Positions 49,479-52,968 of a DNA stretch of 52,968 nt are shown here, piece by piece (the stretch's first letter is position 1; each line of letters starts with the position of its first letter). The notes beneath the pieces were generated by a model. That model made no database searches. It was not told where the DNA came from and saw nothing but the letters and a program-made list of their open reading frames with translations. Source of the DNA: Chiloscyllium plagiosum (lineage: Eukaryota); NCBI RefSeq assembly GCF_004010195.1, contig NC_057718.1:27657965-27710932 (forward strand), written 5' to 3'. Both the position numbers and the translations under genes were made by a program.

Positions 49479-52400
49479 CTTGATAAGGGAGCTTAAGGTG
49501 AAGGCACCCTGAGGAGGCAGTGATCATAATATGATTGAATTTACTCTGCAATTTGAGGGGGAGAAGATAGAATCAGAGGTAACAGTATTACAGCTGACTA
49601 AAGGCAACTACAGAGGCATGAGGGAGGAGCTGGGTGGAATTGACTGGGAGAGAAGCTGAGCAGGAAAGACAATGGAACAGCAATAGTAGGAGTTTCTGGG
49701 AGTAATTCAGGAGACACCGCAGAGATTCACCCTGAGGAAAAAGAAGCATGGTACAGAGAGGGTGAGGCAACCATGGCCGACTATGGAGGTCAAGGATAGC
49801 ATAAAAGCAAAAGAGAAAGCATATAATGTGACACAGGGCAGTGGGTAACTAGAGGATTGGGAAGCTTATAGAGACCAACAGATTTCAACAAAAAAAGAAA
49901 TAAGGAAGGAGAAGACTAAATATGAGGGTAAGCTAGCCAGTATTTTAAGGAAAACTGCAAGAATTTCTTTAGATTATAAAAGGGCAAAAGAGAAGCAAAA
50001 GTAGACATTGGGCTGCTGGAAAATGATGCTGGAGAGATAGTAGTGGGGAACAAGGAAATAGTTGAGCTGAACAATTACTTCATGTCAGTCTTCATGGTAG
50101 AAGACTTGAGTTGTATTCCCAAAGATTAAAGTGAGTGAAGTGGCAGAGCTGAGTATGGTGAAAATGCCAGAAAAACTGACTGGCCTAAAGGTGAATAAAT
50201 CAACTGGACCAGATGGACTACACTCCAGAGTGTAAAGGGAGATAGCTGAAGAGATAGTGGAGGTATTGGTTGTGATCTTGTAAGAATTGCTAGAATCTGA
50301 GAGGGTCCCAGAGGACTGGAAAATCATTAACGTGACACCCCTGTTTAAAAAGGGAGTAAGCAAAAGATGGAAAATTACAGACCGATTAGCCTAACCTCAG
50401 TTGTGGTAAGATGCTAGAATCCATTGTGAAGAATGAGATATCTCAATACTTCGAAGTGTATGGTAAAATAGCATGGTTTCATCAATGGGAGGTCATGCCT
50501 GACAAATTTACGAGAATTCGTTGAAGAAGTAATGGGCAGTTTAGACCAAGGAGAGCAAATGGATGTTATCTACCTGGACTTCAGGAAGGTCTTTGCCAAC
50601 ATGCCGCACAGGAGGCTACTGATTAAGATAAAGGCCCGAGGTGTTAGATGCAAGGTGCTAGCATGGATAGAAGCTTGGCTGACTAGCAGAATGCAGAGAG
50701 TGGGGATTAAAGGATCCTTCTCAGGATGGCAGCCTGAGTGGTGTTCTGCAGCGCTCAGTGTTGGGACCACAGTTTTTCACTTTTCACATTCACGATCAAA
50801 CTGAGGGCATTCCAGCTAAGTTATGTAGAGGGATAGGTAGCATTGAGGAGGTGGAGAGGCTGCAGAAGGATTTGGACAGGTTAAGAGAGTCAGCAAAGAA
50901 TTGGTGGATGGAGTACAAAATGGGAAAGTGTGAGGTCATGCACCTTGGTAGGAAGAATAGAGCATGGACTATTCTCTAAATGGGGAGAAAATTCAGAAGT
51001 CTGAAGTGCAAAGAGACTTGGGAGTTCGAGTCCAGGATTTTCTCAAGGTAAACTTGCAGGTTGGGTCAGTAGTCAGGAAGGCAAATGCAATTATGGCATT
51101 TATTTTGAGTGGACTTGAATATAAAAGCAGGGATGTACTTCTGGGACTCTATAAGGCTCTTGTCAGACCGCATTTGGAGGATTGTGCACAGTTTTGGGTC
51201 TCATATCTCAGGAAGGACGTACTGGTCCTGGAGCTTGTTCGAAGGATGTTCACAAGAATGGTCCCAGGAATGAAAAGTTTAACATTTGAGGAATGTTTAA
51301 CGATTCTGGGTTTATACTCAATGGAGTTTAGAAGGATGAGGGGGGATCTAATTGAAATATACAGAATACTGAATGGCCTGGGCAGAGTAGATGTTGGGAA
51401 GATGTTTCCATTGATAGGAGAGACTAGGACCCAAGGGCATTGACTTAGAGTAAAGGGAAGACCTTTTTGAATGGGGACACATCTTCAGCCAGAGAGTGGT
51501 AAATCGATGGAATTCATTTCTAGAGAAGGCTTTGGTGGACAGGTCATTGAGTATATTCAAGACTGAGATACAGAGGTTCTTGAGTATCAAAGGGATCAAG
51601 GGTTATGGAGAGGAAGCGGGAGAATGGAGTTGAGAATATTATCAGCCATGATTGAATGGTGGAGCAGACTCGATGGGCTGAATGGCCTAATTTCTGCTCC
51701 TAGGTCTTATGCTAACCTCTTTTTAATGTTGTTCTATAATAACCACCATTTGCCTTAATTTATTCATTTAACAAGTGACCGAGGCCAAAGGTAACCTTCA
51801 GGTGATGGGTAGGATGCATAAGGTAGTTTCGAAGAATCATCATCATGACTATAAACACAATAAGATTAACAATTGCTAACACCATTTGAGGTCGTGGCTT
51901 GAAATGATGGAGAATGCAATGTATCTATTTCTGTACTTTATATAACTTTTAATCGTTTGATTTTGTACAATTAATATGCACAGGGATCCACACCAACGTG
52001 AATGAAGTAATAACTGGAGAGCAGGCAGATGAGAGGGGTTGGCAGAAAGGGGATCGGAGAGAGACATGGAGAAAAGAGATAAGAGAATGCAGATTTAGTG
52101 AAGTGGATAGGTAGGAAATTGGGGAGAACTTAATGGATTTTTATTTGTCAGTGAGATGGATGAAGAGTTTCTCAGTGACTGGGGACAAATAAGCAATAGT
52201 CTAGGAATAATTTTCCTGCTGAGTGGAAAGTAGGAGAACATGGATCAGACCTGATTCTTTGACAGAGGAGCCAAGAGTAAATGCTGTTCCATTTGAACAA
52301 GCTGGACTTATAACATTATTTTGCAAGGATAGGAATAGCATAATTAATTCTTAGTAGGAGGTAATTGAAATGGAGTGATAAAGGAAACATTGACTAACCA

Positions 52401-52564
52401 TAGCTTTGAGTCAGTGTATTGTTCCTCAGTCATGGTTTGTGTTGCTCACTGGAAGAGCAGAAAGTTAACTGATTGCAAGCTCAAGCAGGGGTAGGAGAAA
52501 GGAAGATTGACCAGGCGGTCAAAAGGTGTGGTGCTGGCAAAGCACAGCCAGTCATTCCCAATGC

Positions 52565-52968
52565 TTGAAACATCGACTCTCTGCTCCTCGGCTGTTGCCT
52601 GACTGGCTGTGCTTTTCCAGCACCACACTTTTTGACTGATCTCCAGCACCTGTAGTCCTCACTTTCTCCCACATTTGCCAGGTAGTTTGCTCCTGCCCCA
52701 CCGAACTCATCTCTGCATACCTCGACACAGTCCTGTCCCCCTTAGTCCAAGAACTCCCCACCTACATTCAGGATACCACCCACACCCTCCATCTCCTCCA
52801 TGATTTTCGCTTCCCCGGTCCCCAATGCCTTATCTTCACCATGGACATCCAGTCCCTGTACACCTCCATCTCCCATCACGAAGGACTCAAAGCCCTCTGC
52901 TTCTTCCTTTCCCGCCATACCAACCAGTACCCTTCCACTGACACCCTCCTTTGACTGACTGAACTGGT
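52565..52968 (+). mobile_element. Penelope element: pLTR fragment followed by RT, running off the window
   Basis: CSCPTELISAYLDTVLSPLVQELPTYIQDT..IFTMDIQSLYTSISH.EGL. pLTR at 52565-52670 resembles 24075-24180. Confidence 0.85.

Larger units (their letters stand above)
37788..51712 (+). mobile_element. Host CR1 LINE fragmented by nested insertions (pieces 37788-37840, 40699-40730, 41434-42905, 48853-48890, 49479-51712)
   Basis: The pieces join into ORF1 (MEGQMMCSSSMMWELVDP-IVVPSDHVCS-KCWLL*ELWLRVSELE.., esterase VVVHIGTNN) and ORF2 (APE, QAKLDLVLCNEA-DLIRELKVK..SDHN, RT, 3' tail). Confidence 0.88.

Noticed and set aside
51760..51830. Possible plus-strand small exon with several GT donors
   Set aside because: Weak acceptor and no recognisable peptide, so it cannot be supported.

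Overview
Vertebrate genomic DNA, most likely shark/elasmobranch (HE1-type V-SINEs, abundant CR1 and Penelope-like repeats). The minus strand carries coding exons 1-9 of PPP1R21 (KLRAQ1/FERRY-2): 894 nt, 298 aa, all GT-AG and in phase. The gene continues beyond the left edge. A CpG-rich promoter at about 36.7-37.05 kb has two RFX X-boxes and plus-strand donor sites, so it may be bidirectional. The 37.8-51.7 kb region reads as one ancestral CR1 LINE split by nested insertions: a single-LTR tRNA-Pro-primed ERV with a 5-bp TSD, two CR1 3' fragments, and a Penelope element that itself contains a 4.3-kb L1 with a 13-bp TSD. The introns contain several short, TSD-flanked, inverted-repeat elements that carry minimal hammerhead-ribozyme motifs (Penelope pLTR-like). 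Other observations are a candidate 14-nt poison microexon, a tandem NAGNAG acceptor and a 21-bp microinversion. All family assignments come from motif recognition, not database searches, and repeat boundaries are approximate.
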